Assembly (NCBI GenBank): GCA_000990445.1
Contig: LBTJ01000001.1
Coordinates: 1 to 55,545, forward strand
Source: Candidatus Roizmanbacteria bacterium GW2011_GWA2_37_7
GTDB taxonomy: Bacteria; Patescibacteriota; Microgenomatia; UBA1406; GWC2-37-13
DNA length: 55,545 bases
Direction: 5' to 3'
Below, in pieces: positions 8,852 through 18,658 of this stretch; the first letter of the stretch is position 1; every line of letters starts with the position of its first letter. A program made the position numbers and the translations under genes. The notes under the pieces are model-generated. The model was not told where the DNA came from, did not search any database, and was given only the letters and a program-made list of their open reading frames with translations.

Positions 8852-9508
8852 CTATCCGCTTGTCAACACCACATCGGTATAACTGTCTACAGGCGCCAGC
8901 TGCTTTCCGACATTTGATGGATTATAGATGTTGTAAAACAACTCAGTCATCTCTTGCTGTTGGAGCACTGATGGCTTTAAACCAACTTTTGCCAAAAGTC
9001 GAAGCAAATGATCCCGTTTTGGATATAATGATGTTTTTGCTCTGTTAAAAATATATTCTTTGCCGTAGTTTTTTGCCTTCACACCGCTTACACCCATCTC
9101 CAGCGGATTAAACGGAACAGCAAAAAAGAACCGCTTTTCCATGACAGTATTTTTTTTGACAATCATTTTGATAAACTCGCGATACTCTTCAAGACGGGAC
9201 CGTATTATTTCATTGCGTTGCGTATCGATTTTTGACTCTAAATACTCCAAGTATGATGAAATATTCATCATTTTTGAGATGATCACAATCTGAACAGGAA
9301 ACGACAAGGAATTCAAAAGGCTTCCATACATATAGATCATCGACATCTGATCTTCGGTCGACAACAGCCAAAAATTGACCGCGCCCACCTCAATAATTGT
9401 TACCGCTGAATAATCCCTCATAAGCATGATGTCGTCTTTGATCTCATCAATCTCAATAAATGACTGTGTTGTTGATTTTTTTGGAGAAGTTGGTTTTGTT
9501 TTTGACAT
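8852..9508 (-). CDS. Conjugation-system-associated protein (VirB4 N-terminal/TraC-like)
   Basis: AVNFWLLSTEDQ...LNSLSFPVQIV motif; sits between PrgI and VirB4. Confidence 0.65.
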   Translation of the reverse strand: MSKTKPTSPKKSTTQSFIEIDEIKDDIMLMRDYSAVTIIEVGAVNFWLLSTEDQMSMIYMYGSLLNSLSFPVQIVIISKMMNISSYLEYLESKIDTQRNEIIRSRLEEYREFIKMIVKKNTVMEKRFFFAVPFNPLEMGVSGVKAKNYGKEYIFNRAKTSLYPKRDHLLRLLAKVGLKPSVLQQQEMTELFYNIYNPSNVGKQLAPVDSYTDVVLTSG

Positions 9509-10341
9509 TATAAAATTTCCTTTGAATAAAACTGCAATGGCTTTTGTTTGTCAGAATCAATCTGCACATTCATTGTATCAAAAAAGTAGTTTCCTTTTGG
9601 ATCGCTGATCTCAAATTGGTACTCCCCTGGTGACAAAGGGCTGTATGTTGCAAATATTCCATGTGGATTCGTCTTCAGAAGCCGAAGCTGATTACCATCT
9701 GTATCTTTGATCGAAACCAGCGTGCCTGGGAGTGGGATTTGCTTTCTGTTTTTGATGACCCCGGTCACAAAAGGTTGTTTTATTATGTCCGGTTGGGAAG
9801 CTTTTGATTGCGTTGAAAGCGAAACATCTGCTTTTTTTATTTTGGACGGATCTATGTTTTTCGTCTGCTGTAATAAATCGTTGATATGAATTTGTTGTTT
9901 TTTTGATCGCGTACTGATTGACGTGTCTATATCTCTGTCTGTATTTTTTTTACTTTGTAAGTACTTATCTAGTTTTTCTTTTGTCTCTATATGAGTCATC
10001 GCAAGATGAGGATCAGAGGTAAAATATAGGTTTTCAAGGGTTTTGATGGTGTCCCTTTGCTTTTTAAAAACATACTGCGTTGGAGAGTTTATGCGCTTGA
10101 TAAAGTTTTTCATCCAGACCTCAAGCGGCCGATCCTGAATAGGAATAAATGCAAAAGCAAGCCCTACAGCTCCAACCAAAACCCCCAAAAGAATATTTAC
10201 ATATAATATTGGGATAACTTTGTACACAATAAAACCTATGGGAAAAAAAATGACTAGATACAAAAACTGACGCAATGTCATAAATCCGATAAGCTTGAAC
10301 TCAAATGTAGTGATCTGTCGTGGTACAGGGTGCTGGTCCAT
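9508..10341 (-). CDS. PrgI family membrane protein with C-terminal carboxypeptidase-regulatory-like Ig domain
   Basis: MDQHPVPRQITTFEFKLIGFMTLRQF, two TMs, QDRPLEVW; C-terminal GVIKN...TNPHGIF...LSPGEY. Confidence 0.8.
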   Translation of the reverse strand: MDQHPVPRQITTFEFKLIGFMTLRQFLYLVIFFPIGFIVYKVIPILYVNILLGVLVGAVGLAFAFIPIQDRPLEVWMKNFIKRINSPTQYVFKKQRDTIKTLENLYFTSDPHLAMTHIETKEKLDKYLQSKKNTDRDIDTSISTRSKKQQIHINDLLQQTKNIDPSKIKKADVSLSTQSKASQPDIIKQPFVTGVIKNRKQIPLPGTLVSIKDTDGNQLRLLKTNPHGIFATYSPLSPGEYQFEISDPKGNYFFDTMNVQIDSDKQKPLQFYSKEIL

Positions 10342-10371
10342 ATTCTTTAGTATAGCGTATATCGTTTAGCG

Positions 10372-10671
10372 TTACACATTTGAAAGTGCTTCTTTCACAA
10401 GCGCATCAGCCTCAGTGTTTTTATCACGAAGAACATGTTTGTAGGATATGGGAAGTCCCAGTTCTATCTCAAGAAGTTTAACTTGTAAATGTAATGGCAA
10501 CGTCGCAATCTCATCCAAAAACTGACTGGGTAAACTCTGAAGATATACGGTGCGGTCCGTGGATGTGTAGGCATTCAACTGAGTACCCCCCAGACGTGTC
10601 ACGCGCAAGTCAAACTCTCCAACGCAGTATGTTTTTAAAAAGCAAAGGGAAGTGTAGATAGTGAGTTTCAT
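10372..10671 (-). pseudogene. RNase HI-like gene whose core is replaced by an M16 peptidase-like fragment
   Basis: MKLTIYT start and YKHVLRDKNTEADALVKEAL end are RNase H-like. The middle GGTQLNAYTSTDRTVY is an insulinase motif. Confidence 0.65.
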
Positions 10672-10684
10672 GCAGACAAGTATA

Positions 10685-11548
10685 TCAAAGCTCCCCCAAC
10701 TTTTCTTTTCTCTCCGCCTCTTGTTTCACAAGATTGAGAAAGCGTTCGGTTGAAGATATACGTCGATGACCAACAATATTTGAAATATATTCAAGTGTAG
10801 AACCATTTCGCAACTGATGTGCAATAAAGGTATTCCGAAGATCGTTGACAGTCGCATTCTCTATTCCAACTTCCTGAAAACATCTATCAATAATCTGCCG
10901 TATGTTTCGAATCAAAAGTTGCTTGCCGGTGCGAGTGATGAATACATGATCTGATGCACCATTATTTCCCCTTTCCTGAACATAATTGGCAAGGGCTTGT
11001 TTTACCGCGTTGTTCAGTGGTATTTCTCGTTCAATATTTTTGCCATATTTTCTAATGTGTAGCATGTCGTCTTTGATATCTTCAAGTTGAAGTGTTGCGA
11101 GCTCGCCGATTTTCATACCGGTCTGAAGGAGCGTCTCAACAAGCGCATAGGTACGGATATCTTCTTTTGCAACATCACGAAGCGCTCTATACTCCATTTT
11201 GCTTAAAATACGTGGCGGGGTTTGGGTGTATTTTGGATGAGAGATATCAAACGCTGGGTTTGCAGTAATAACATCTTCATGTTTGAGAAATCGGAAAAAT
11301 GTCCGGATTGAGTTGAGTTTTCTTGAGGCAGATTTTTTTGTGTATTTCTTTTCAAGAAGATTTTGAATAAAGCCCTCAATATCATCTTTCCGAACATCAC
11401 GAATATCGGTTTTCTCGCGTCCCGCAAGATATCCGATAAACTGCTCAATATCTTTTTTGTAAGCTACAATGGTAAATTTTGATTTTCCTTGATCCTTTAG
11501 GAAGGCGACAAATCGTTCCAAAAGCTTTGGAAGAAAGTATTCATCCAT
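10685..11548 (-). CDS. XerC/XerD-like tyrosine recombinase homolog with substituted catalytic residues
   Basis: SAM-like N-terminal domain plus catalytic fold; TGMKIGEL, NDLRNTF, VGH...TERF. Confidence 0.85.
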   Translation of the reverse strand: MDEYFLPKLLERFVAFLKDQGKSKFTIVAYKKDIEQFIGYLAGREKTDIRDVRKDDIEGFIQNLLEKKYTKKSASRKLNSIRTFFRFLKHEDVITANPAFDISHPKYTQTPPRILSKMEYRALRDVAKEDIRTYALVETLLQTGMKIGELATLQLEDIKDDMLHIRKYGKNIEREIPLNNAVKQALANYVQERGNNGASDHVFITRTGKQLLIRNIRQIIDRCFQEVGIENATVNDLRNTFIAHQLRNGSTLEYISNIVGHRRISSTERFLNLVKQEAERKEKLGEL

Positions 11549-11804
11549 ATGAGCCTATAATATAGCATAGACTAAAACAAATAGCAACTTGTATATTATC
11601 ATATATATGTGTATTTAATAAGTAATTGATTGATTAATATTTTTTTTAATCAACATAAAAAATAATGACATCATTGTCTCTTCACATCAAGCATTTTTAT
11701 TTTGTCACGATATATTGCTGTACTTTATGATCGTGGTTGGAGTTGAACACTGTCTCGTTCAGAGGTACAATGTGACATTTGTTACTATTTACTCAATGTA
11801 ATGT

Positions 11805-12128
11805 ATGGCCGTACTATCGTCTTCGCAAGACTCGTTTCAAAAAGATGTTCTTGACGGAAAAGGATTTGTTTTTGTTGATTTTTATGCTGACTGGTGTGGA
11901 CCGTGCAAAATGACATCACCAATTATTGACGAACTTGCAAAAACAATGAAAGAAGTGAAATTTGTCAAAGTGAATGTAGACGAAAATCAACAATTAGCTG
12001 GTCAATACTCAGTCTTTTCTATCCCAACTTTCATGATCTTCAAAAATGGAGCAATGAAGAATCAGTTTGTGGGAGCCCATAGCAAAGAAGGATTTGAAGA
12101 GGAAATAAAGAAAGTGATGAATGCATAA
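11805..12128 (+). CDS. trxA: Thioredoxin
   Basis: VDFYADWCGPCK, SIPT. Confidence 0.95.
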   Translation: MAVLSSSQDSFQKDVLDGKGFVFVDFYADWCGPCKMTSPIIDELAKTMKEVKFVKVNVDENQQLAGQYSVFSIPTFMIFKNGAMKNQFVGAHSKEGFEEEIKKVMNA

Positions 12129-12158
12129 AATAGACAAAGTGTCGGGAGAAGGATCTAT

Positions 12159-12638
12159 TTATCTCTGAATCATAACTCTTACCACATGTCCATGAATTTT
12201 TTTTAAGGTGAGGTGCGCTTGTTTTAGCATAAAAAATGCGATTTCAGCAAGCCACCGGAAAGAAGACGAGATGGGTTTATGCAGTCCCTCAACAACTTTT
12301 TCGTCAGCAATCGGTAGCTTGACCTTATGTTTTTGGTCAAGTGATGAACTGTCAATTGATTGAAGGCCGGCTTTTTTGAGTTCAGGATGAATTTCAGGCT
12401 GATCACGAGCAACCTCAACAAACTTCTTGACCTCCCTATCCTCGATGGTCGGCTCTGTTTCAACCAGAGTTACTTCCGGAGACGGCAGTGCTTCTGATAC
12501 AATTTCTATCGGCTCCCCTTCTTTAGTGACCCTGACTGTTTGTTGTTTTTTATTGTCGTCAATAAGATGCTTAATCGAGGTATGATTTATTCCTTGTAGC
12601 GCGGCTTGTTGTACTTTTTGTTTTTGATCGTCGGTCAT
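12159..12638 (-). CDS. Hypothetical protein (start probably 12638)
   Basis: Open frame; C-terminal SSFRWLAE...LKKIHGHVVRV. Confidence 0.65.
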   Translation of the reverse strand: MTDDQKQKVQQAALQGINHTSIKHLIDDNKKQQTVRVTKEGEPIEIVSEALPSPEVTLVETEPTIEDREVKKFVEVARDQPEIHPELKKAGLQSIDSSSLDQKHKVKLPIADEKVVEGLHKPISSSFRWLAEIAFFMLKQAHLTLKKIHGHVVRVMIQR

Positions 12639-12663
12639 ATATTTAGTGTACATGAAATTATAC

Positions 12664-13974
12664 TTATTTTTTATTCGACGGACATCGTTTATTGCCACAA
12701 ATATATGTCTTATCATCAAGCTGCAGATTGCCTTTTTTATTTTGGCAATGAGGACATGTGACACATACTTCTTTTGACTTTCCACCAATCAATTGCATAC
12801 TATCAACTATTGAATACCCCCCCTGAACAAGGTTTGTTAATGTGTCCATTTCTGCCATCTGTGTCACAGGACAAGAAGATCCAGATATAGTAAGTTCCTG
12901 ATACTTAGCCATGCTTCCTGCAAACAAATATAATGTTCGTGGGTCTGAAATATCATACTTAAATACTTTCATTTGTTTTGCATCTTGCGCAAAACGATAT
13001 TCATCGGTTTTTTCCTGTCTTAATGTGCGGTTTATGATCCGCGCTGTATTAAACATTGCACCAATAAGTTGCTTTCCTTTTTCTTCAAGATCGTTGAATA
13101 CAGCATCGCCTTTATTTAATGTACGCATGTTCATTTTATGGATAACTCTCATATATTCCTCAAGCCATGGTCTAATATATGGCAATACTTTGTGTCTGAA
13201 CTGTTCGGAATATACGATATCTTGTTCATGTATCCCAACCAAATCATACAGATACGCAAGGTCTTCGTCTTTTTGTGAGTTGTAGAGTATTGGATTATGA
13301 AGAAAGTCTATATCAGACGTTGGTCGAGAAGTTTGGGCACCGATCAAAGCATTCATCTTCTGAAAAATTTCTTTACTTCTGTATGTTGTGTTTCGTGGCT
13401 CATCATACCGAATTAATAACTCACGCATTGGTCTTCCGTTGAGTGCCTTATCATACTCATCTACCATAAACACAAATGCAAATCCATAGTCTGCAAATTT
13501 TGGAGGCGAAACCCATAATGCACGGTTGCACGAGCTAGTAAGCCCCTCTGATATTTTGTCAAGACCTTGTCCTTCATGCCATTCACGCGATCCATATCCC
13601 GCCGTTGCAGCGGCGTGGCGATACATATCGCTCACATTTGTCCCAACCATTTCCAAAACTCCATCGCTTCGCACAATTCCTGATAATTTTTTTACTCCTA
13701 CATTCCCTGCAAACTCTTCAAGATACGATAGGACATTTTCTGAAATATAATAATTTTGTTGTTCTTGAGTAAGATGAGCTAATTTTTGTATTCGTTCCGC
13801 GTCGTTTTTTGGAGAATATGATTCAAAAATTGATCGCTCATCTTCTGCCATATGGGCTTCGGCTCGTTGCCAGATTGGAATCGATGCTTCATAGTCGGCT
13901 CGAGAAACAATAAAATCAGACTCAAAAGGAAGCGCTTTATAGTAATTAATTTGAGGAGACTCAACAAATGACAT
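12664..13974 (-). CDS. Hypothetical protein with C-terminal zinc ribbon, directly downstream of the cobalamin riboswitch
   Basis: 436-aa ORF ending in CPHC...CGNKRC; AGGGA just before the ATG. Confidence 0.75.
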   Translation of the reverse strand: MSFVESPQINYYKALPFESDFIVSRADYEASIPIWQRAEAHMAEDERSIFESYSPKNDAERIQKLAHLTQEQQNYYISENVLSYLEEFAGNVGVKKLSGIVRSDGVLEMVGTNVSDMYRHAAATAGYGSREWHEGQGLDKISEGLTSSCNRALWVSPPKFADYGFAFVFMVDEYDKALNGRPMRELLIRYDEPRNTTYRSKEIFQKMNALIGAQTSRPTSDIDFLHNPILYNSQKDEDLAYLYDLVGIHEQDIVYSEQFRHKVLPYIRPWLEEYMRVIHKMNMRTLNKGDAVFNDLEEKGKQLIGAMFNTARIINRTLRQEKTDEYRFAQDAKQMKVFKYDISDPRTLYLFAGSMAKYQELTISGSSCPVTQMAEMDTLTNLVQGGYSIVDSMQLIGGKSKEVCVTCPHCQNKKGNLQLDDKTYICGNKRCPSNKK

Positions 13975-14041
13975 ATGATTCCCTGCTCGGGGCCAGGTAC
14001 CATACGGGACCTGCTTTGGGGGTTTGGTCGGTCTTCGGACT

Positions 14042-14071
14042 CTTCGACTCGCTTCGCTCGCTCAGAGCAAG
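14042..14071. repeat. REP-like element inside the riboswitch
   Basis: CTTCGACTCGCTTCGCTCGCTCAGAGCAAG interrupts the aptamer just before the conserved AGTCCGAAGACC. Confidence 0.6.
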
Positions 14072-14150
14072 CTTAAGAAACGATTCAAATTACCGCTGCG
14101 GCACAGTTGCTGATTTACACAGCATTCCCGTTTTGAAAGGGCGTCTTCCC

Positions 14151-14170
14151 ATCCCGACGTAACGTCGGGA
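14151..14170. repeat. REP-like palindrome in the riboswitch P2 region
   Basis: ATCCCGACGTAACGTCGGGA, a perfect 9-bp inverted repeat. Confidence 0.6.
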
Positions 14171-14282
14171 AAGTGACGTTCACCAAACCAATAATTATTA
14201 AAGTATCCATAGAATACTCTGAAAGAGTTCATAATTCAAGCGTGATACAATAAATTTGTGGGAAAAGTGCATCTTCCGTATA

Positions 14283-14709
14283 TCAGACTTCTTTCATAGC
14301 AACTTCTTGTTTTGAGTATTTGCGTGCGAGTATAAATAAAAGATCTGACAACCTATTGAGATATCGAAGTATAATGTCATCATTTTTAACTTTTTTATTT
14401 TTATTATTAATATACTGAACTATTCTTCGTTCTGCTGACCGTACTATTGTCCGGGCAACATGTAGCCTAGCTGTTTGTTCTGATCCCTGTGGAAGAACAA
14501 ATCGAATCAGTTTTGGCAATATGGTTTCTCGTTGTTGTATAGATTTTTCTATATAGGTAAGATTGTTCACTACCTGTTTCGCGTCGAGTTTTGCTCCGGA
14601 AAGATATGCCATGATCAAATATAAATGGAATTGGATCGTTTTTTTTAACTCGAGTACCACCAAAAAGTGCTGTGGTTCCATCATCTCCTGTTTTTGTTGT
14701 AATACTCAT
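14283..14709 (-). pseudogene. pduO: ATP:cob(I)alamin adenosyltransferase (PduO type), frameshifted by an internal deletion
   Basis: MSITTKTGDDGTTALFGGTRVKKND in one frame; FVLP...LHVARTIVRSAERR...YLNRLSDLLFILAR in another. The AYGTxDEL segment is missing near 14630. Confidence 0.85.
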
Positions 14710-14780
14710 GTGAATAACTTCAATTCAAATAAACCATTATCTATCTTCATGCCGTTTTCTCTATTATAATCAAGATAGCA

Positions 14781-15797
14781 ATGAAAAAAAATAATAAATT
14801 AATCCTTCCAATTATATTTATTCTTGTTGGTATTATTATTTTTTTTGTATTGTATACTACATCTCTGACAACTAATACGCAAACCAAGCAAATATCTTCG
14901 TCATACGCATCTTCAGTAAATTTTGATCAATATTGCCAAGACGGGGTTTATTACGTTCAAAAAGATGGAAAGCGCATTTCCTGCGGACGGGCGCCAAACT
15001 GCGGCGGAAAATCATATGAAAATGTTGTGGGTATAGAGTATAGAAGCAAAGCAGAGTGCTGGGTTGAAGACTATTTTGGCGGCTCCCGATGTGCGGCATA
15101 CTGTTCAGGAAATATTCCGCTCTGTTGTTATAAATTAGAGCAGACAAAAAACCCCGAAGACTGCACATGGCCAGAACGAGGATATTGTCTTCCAAGCCAA
15201 TGCCAAGGCGTAGGTGAAGGATGTGGAAACGCAATTATTACATGGTGTACAAGCATTGATCATTGTGTTTCTGATGCAAATAACATTCCTTATATTCCTT
15301 TAGACAATCGGCTTTCGGGTCAATCCGGTACACGTATATCTCCAACAAATCCTCCACAGCCAACCTCAACGCCACAGCCCCCAACAAATCCTCCAATAGC
15401 AACAAACCCGCCACAACCTCCCACATCAACCACACAGCCAAATCAGCCAACTACTCCGGTAGGTACATCACCAACGAATAAACCCAGACCGACAAATCAA
15501 AGCCAACCTACAATAACGCCGAGCTACCCTCCTCATAATGAGACTCCGTATCAACCTCCCCAACCAACCAACACGCCTTTTCTCTTTCCGACAATAAAAT
15601 TCAAAACACCAAAAGAATTAGCGCGTGAAGTGATCAATCCGGAAAATATTCAAAAACTGAATGACACAACGAAAGCTCCACTCGAAGCTCCAGAAAAAGC
15701 AGTTCATTTTATTAAGAATATTGATACAGCAATTGAGCAGGCTGCTGAATCGTGGATATTTAAAATTCGAATATTTATTCAGAGCTTCGTTCGATGA
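14781..15797 (+). CDS. Membrane-anchored Cys-rich protein with Pro/Thr-rich linker
   Basis: N-terminal TM, many Cys in residues ~52-162, PTNPPQPT repeats. Confidence 0.75.
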   Translation: MKKNNKLILPIIFILVGIIIFFVLYTTSLTTNTQTKQISSSYASSVNFDQYCQDGVYYVQKDGKRISCGRAPNCGGKSYENVVGIEYRSKAECWVEDYFGGSRCAAYCSGNIPLCCYKLEQTKNPEDCTWPERGYCLPSQCQGVGEGCGNAIITWCTSIDHCVSDANNIPYIPLDNRLSGQSGTRISPTNPPQPTSTPQPPTNPPIATNPPQPPTSTTQPNQPTTPVGTSPTNKPRPTNQSQPTITPSYPPHNETPYQPPQPTNTPFLFPTIKFKTPKELAREVINPENIQKLNDTTKAPLEAPEKAVHFIKNIDTAIEQAAESWIFKIRIFIQSFVR

Positions 15798-15803
15798 AGG
15801 TAT

Positions 15804-18163
15804 CTAACATTCTGCATATCCACATCCATAACACTTTGCACATCCTTCCTCACGAGCCAACAGGGCCTGACCGCATTCTTTGCAAATATCAAAATGCATG
15901 TCTTGAGATTCTGCTTCTTGTTTGATAAGCGGGGCGGAATGGTCTGGATCTTCAAGAAGTGTTGGTTGCTCAAGTTGAGAAACCAACTCGGCATCCTCAA
16001 CTTTGCCATTGCCGTTTCCATTGCCATTGCTTATCCCCATATTTGTTGTATTTTTAGTAAACTGATTTTTTTGTTTGTTCAGATACTCAAAATGCATCCG
16101 AAGAACTTTTGCAACCGCATCCGGAAGACTTCGAACGCGCTCTTTTCCAAAACCCAACGTACGCCCGCCACCAATACCCTGCAGCTCTTTAATGACGTTT
16201 TTGATCCGCTCTTCAGGTGTGAGATGCGCTGTTGAACGAAAGTACATTGATATCATCCGACCCAAACCTTCAGCCATAGCAAACACATCTGTTCCAGCCT
16301 TCCCAATGGTCATAAACACCTCGTGCGGCTCGTTGTTGCCGTTTGTGTTGATGGTGATGTACGCTCGCCCTACTGGCGTATCAATTTTGTACGTTGCGCC
16401 ATGCACCACCATTGGTCGAGGTTTTATTGTTGGAAGTTGGACTTTATTCTCTGCTTTTCCTGTGGCGTCTTTGAGCAGTGGCTTTCGCTCCAAAACTCCT
16501 TGTCTTGAGCCTTCGCGCATATACGCAATTCCTTTTAATCCTTGATCGTATGCCATAGTATAGATGCGCTTTACATCCTCAACAGTATGCGATTTTGGTG
16601 CATTTACTGTTTTGGAGATCGAAGCATCAACATATTTTTGGATTGTTGCCTGAACCATCACATGATCTTCGGGACTTAAGTCATTTGCTGAGACAAAATA
16701 ATCTGGGCGTTCAATTTCTTTATGTTTGAGTTCTTTTTCATGCTTTGTGTACCATTCTTCATATAAATAATGTCTGATGGCATGTTCACCAAGCCGATCG
16801 CGGCGTATAAATTCAAACTCATACACCGGCTCTATTCCTGATGTCGTGCTAGCCATAAGCGAGGTTGATCCTGTAGGAGCTTGCATAAGAATCACTGAGT
16901 TTCTGATACCATTTCTTTTTCTTTTGCATAGTCAGACGAAGCGCAATATGCCTCGTGTGCGATAAGCTTATACACTTTGTCAATAAACCGAATAGATTCT
17001 GGCGATCCGTATCGAATGTGGAGCTTTATCAAACTATCTCCAAGCCCCATCGTCCCCAAACCAATCCTTCGCTCACCCTCAAGTTGTGTTTTTCGAATAC
17101 CCGGAAACACGTATGGATCCATATCAATAACATTATCTTGAAGTCGCACAGCAATGCGCACAGTTTCACGAAGAAGATCAAAATCAAACTCTCCAGCCTG
17201 ATCTATTTTATACCCTTTTACCAATGCAGATAAGTTTATTGATCCAAGATTGCAAACTCCCCACTCTGGCAAACCTTCTTCGCCGCAAGGATTTACGCAT
17301 ATAATTTTATTCCAATACGAATTGTTATGCATTTTGTTGTACCGCTCTAAAAATACGACTCCTGGCTCTGCAGAGCGCCAAGCAGCTTGAGCAATCAGCT
17401 CCCAAATCTTTCGTGCGCGAACAACTTTACGCACAATGATTTTCTTTCCTCGTGCTTTCCAGCCTTCGATATCCCCGTCCCATTCTGCGTCATAGTCTGG
17501 ATCGTTTTTATCAGGAAATATGAGGGGCCAGTCTTCGTCTTTTTTCACCGCATCCATAAATGAGTCTGACACCGCAACTGAGAGATTCGCACCATTGATT
17601 CTGGTTAAATCTTGCTTTACTGTGATAAACTCTTCAATATCCGGGTGCCAGTCCCACAACATAAGCATCAAAGCTCCGCGCCTGGTTCCGCCCTGCTGAA
17701 TAATATCTTTTGTTGCAAGTGAAAAAATTTCTGCCCAGTTGCACGGTCCCGATGAAAATCCATTGACTTTTTCAACACGTGCGCCTCGCGGACGAAGCGT
17801 TGAAAGATTGATGCCAACTCCCCCTCCCCGAGCCATAATCTCAATCATCTCCCCAAGTGTTTGCAAAATTCCTTGCCTTGAGTCTCTGGGCGATGGAATG
17901 ACAAAGCAGTTATAAAATGTTACTGAGTATCCTGTGCCGGCCCCTGCCAAAATACGACCTCCTGGGACATACTTAAAGTTCTCGAGTGCATTATAAAACT
18001 TTTTAGACCATAATTTTCTTTGTCCTGGTTTTTCTTGTGATGCTATAGCATCTGCGATACGCCTCCACATTTCGTCCGGAGTTTTTTCAATTGGAGTTCC
18101 GTCTTTATCTTTTAAAGAGTATCTATCTAAAAAAACCTTTTTTGACACGCCTTGAAGTTCCAT
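15804..18163 (-). pseudogene. nrdJ: Class II (adenosylcobalamin-dependent) ribonucleotide reductase, split near 16915
   Basis: GGRILAGAG, NCFV, NPCGEE, CNLGSINL; then NGIRNSVILMQAPTG, DASISKTVN, a TSCPD-like domain and C-terminal Cys pairs. About 30 aa appear to be missing at the frame break. Confidence 0.85.
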
Positions 18164-18170
18164 ATCTATT

Positions 18171-18617
18171 TTACAATAATTTTTTCAATTCTTTCTCAAA
18201 CTCTTCTACATCCACAAACCTCCGAAACACTGATGCAAAACGTATGTACGCGACTTTATCCATGTTTTTTAAATATTTTGCAACTATGTCTCCAATATTT
18301 TGACTCCGTATCTCTGTTTCCCCCTCATTGGTAATCTCCTGTTCTACTTGATTGACAATATCTTCTACTTGATCTGCTGTTACAGTTGTTTTCCCAACAG
18401 CCTTAAAAATGCCGTTTACAAGTTTTTTTCTGTCAAAACGCTCTCTCCTATCATCTCGTTTTATGACAAGTATCGGGAGCTCCTCTACTCGCTCATAAGT
18501 GGTAAATCTTTTTTTACAGTTGGTACACGACCTTCTTCTTCGTATGGTTGTGCGATTCTCTAAAACGCGTGTTTCTATTACTTCTGTGTTCGTGTTTTGA
18601 CAAAAAAGACATTTCAT
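18171..18617 (-). CDS. nrdR: Transcriptional repressor NrdR
   Basis: MKCLFC...IRRRRSCTNCKKRFTTYE, ATP cone, DKVAYIRFASV. Confidence 0.97.
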   Translation of the reverse strand: MKCLFCQNTNTEVIETRVLENRTTIRRRRSCTNCKKRFTTYERVEELPILVIKRDDRRERFDRKKLVNGIFKAVGKTTVTADQVEDIVNQVEQEITNEGETEIRSQNIGDIVAKYLKNMDKVAYIRFASVFRRFVDVEEFEKELKKLL

Positions 18618-18658
18618 ATCTTGAGTATATTTTCAATGTATACCACTAGGTGTAGTAT
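18611..18658. promoter_or_regulatory. Tandem NrdR boxes
   Basis: Cores TCATATCTTG (18614-18623) and CTAGGTGTAG (18646-18655) are 32 bp apart, the usual spacing. The first overlaps the nrdR start. Confidence 0.65.

Larger units (their letters stand above)
14021..14190 (-). promoter_or_regulatory. Cobalamin riboswitch
   Basis: Minus strand reads GGTTTGGT...AAAACGGGAATGCTGTGTAAATCAGCAACTGTGCCGCAGCGGTAA...AGTCCGAAGACCGACCAAACC, matching the GGGAA / T-loop / AGYCnGAAGACC core. Lies next to pduO and nrdJ. Confidence 0.85.

Noticed and set aside
13968..14162. 64-aa plus-strand ORF
   Set aside because: It is the antisense of the riboswitch.
15340..15570. Short DNA repeats
   Set aside because: They encode the Pro/Thr linker.
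15804..18163. Natural two-subunit NrdJa/NrdJb, intein, intron or programmed frameshift
   Set aside because: The break lies inside the catalytic barrel and sequence is missing rather than added.
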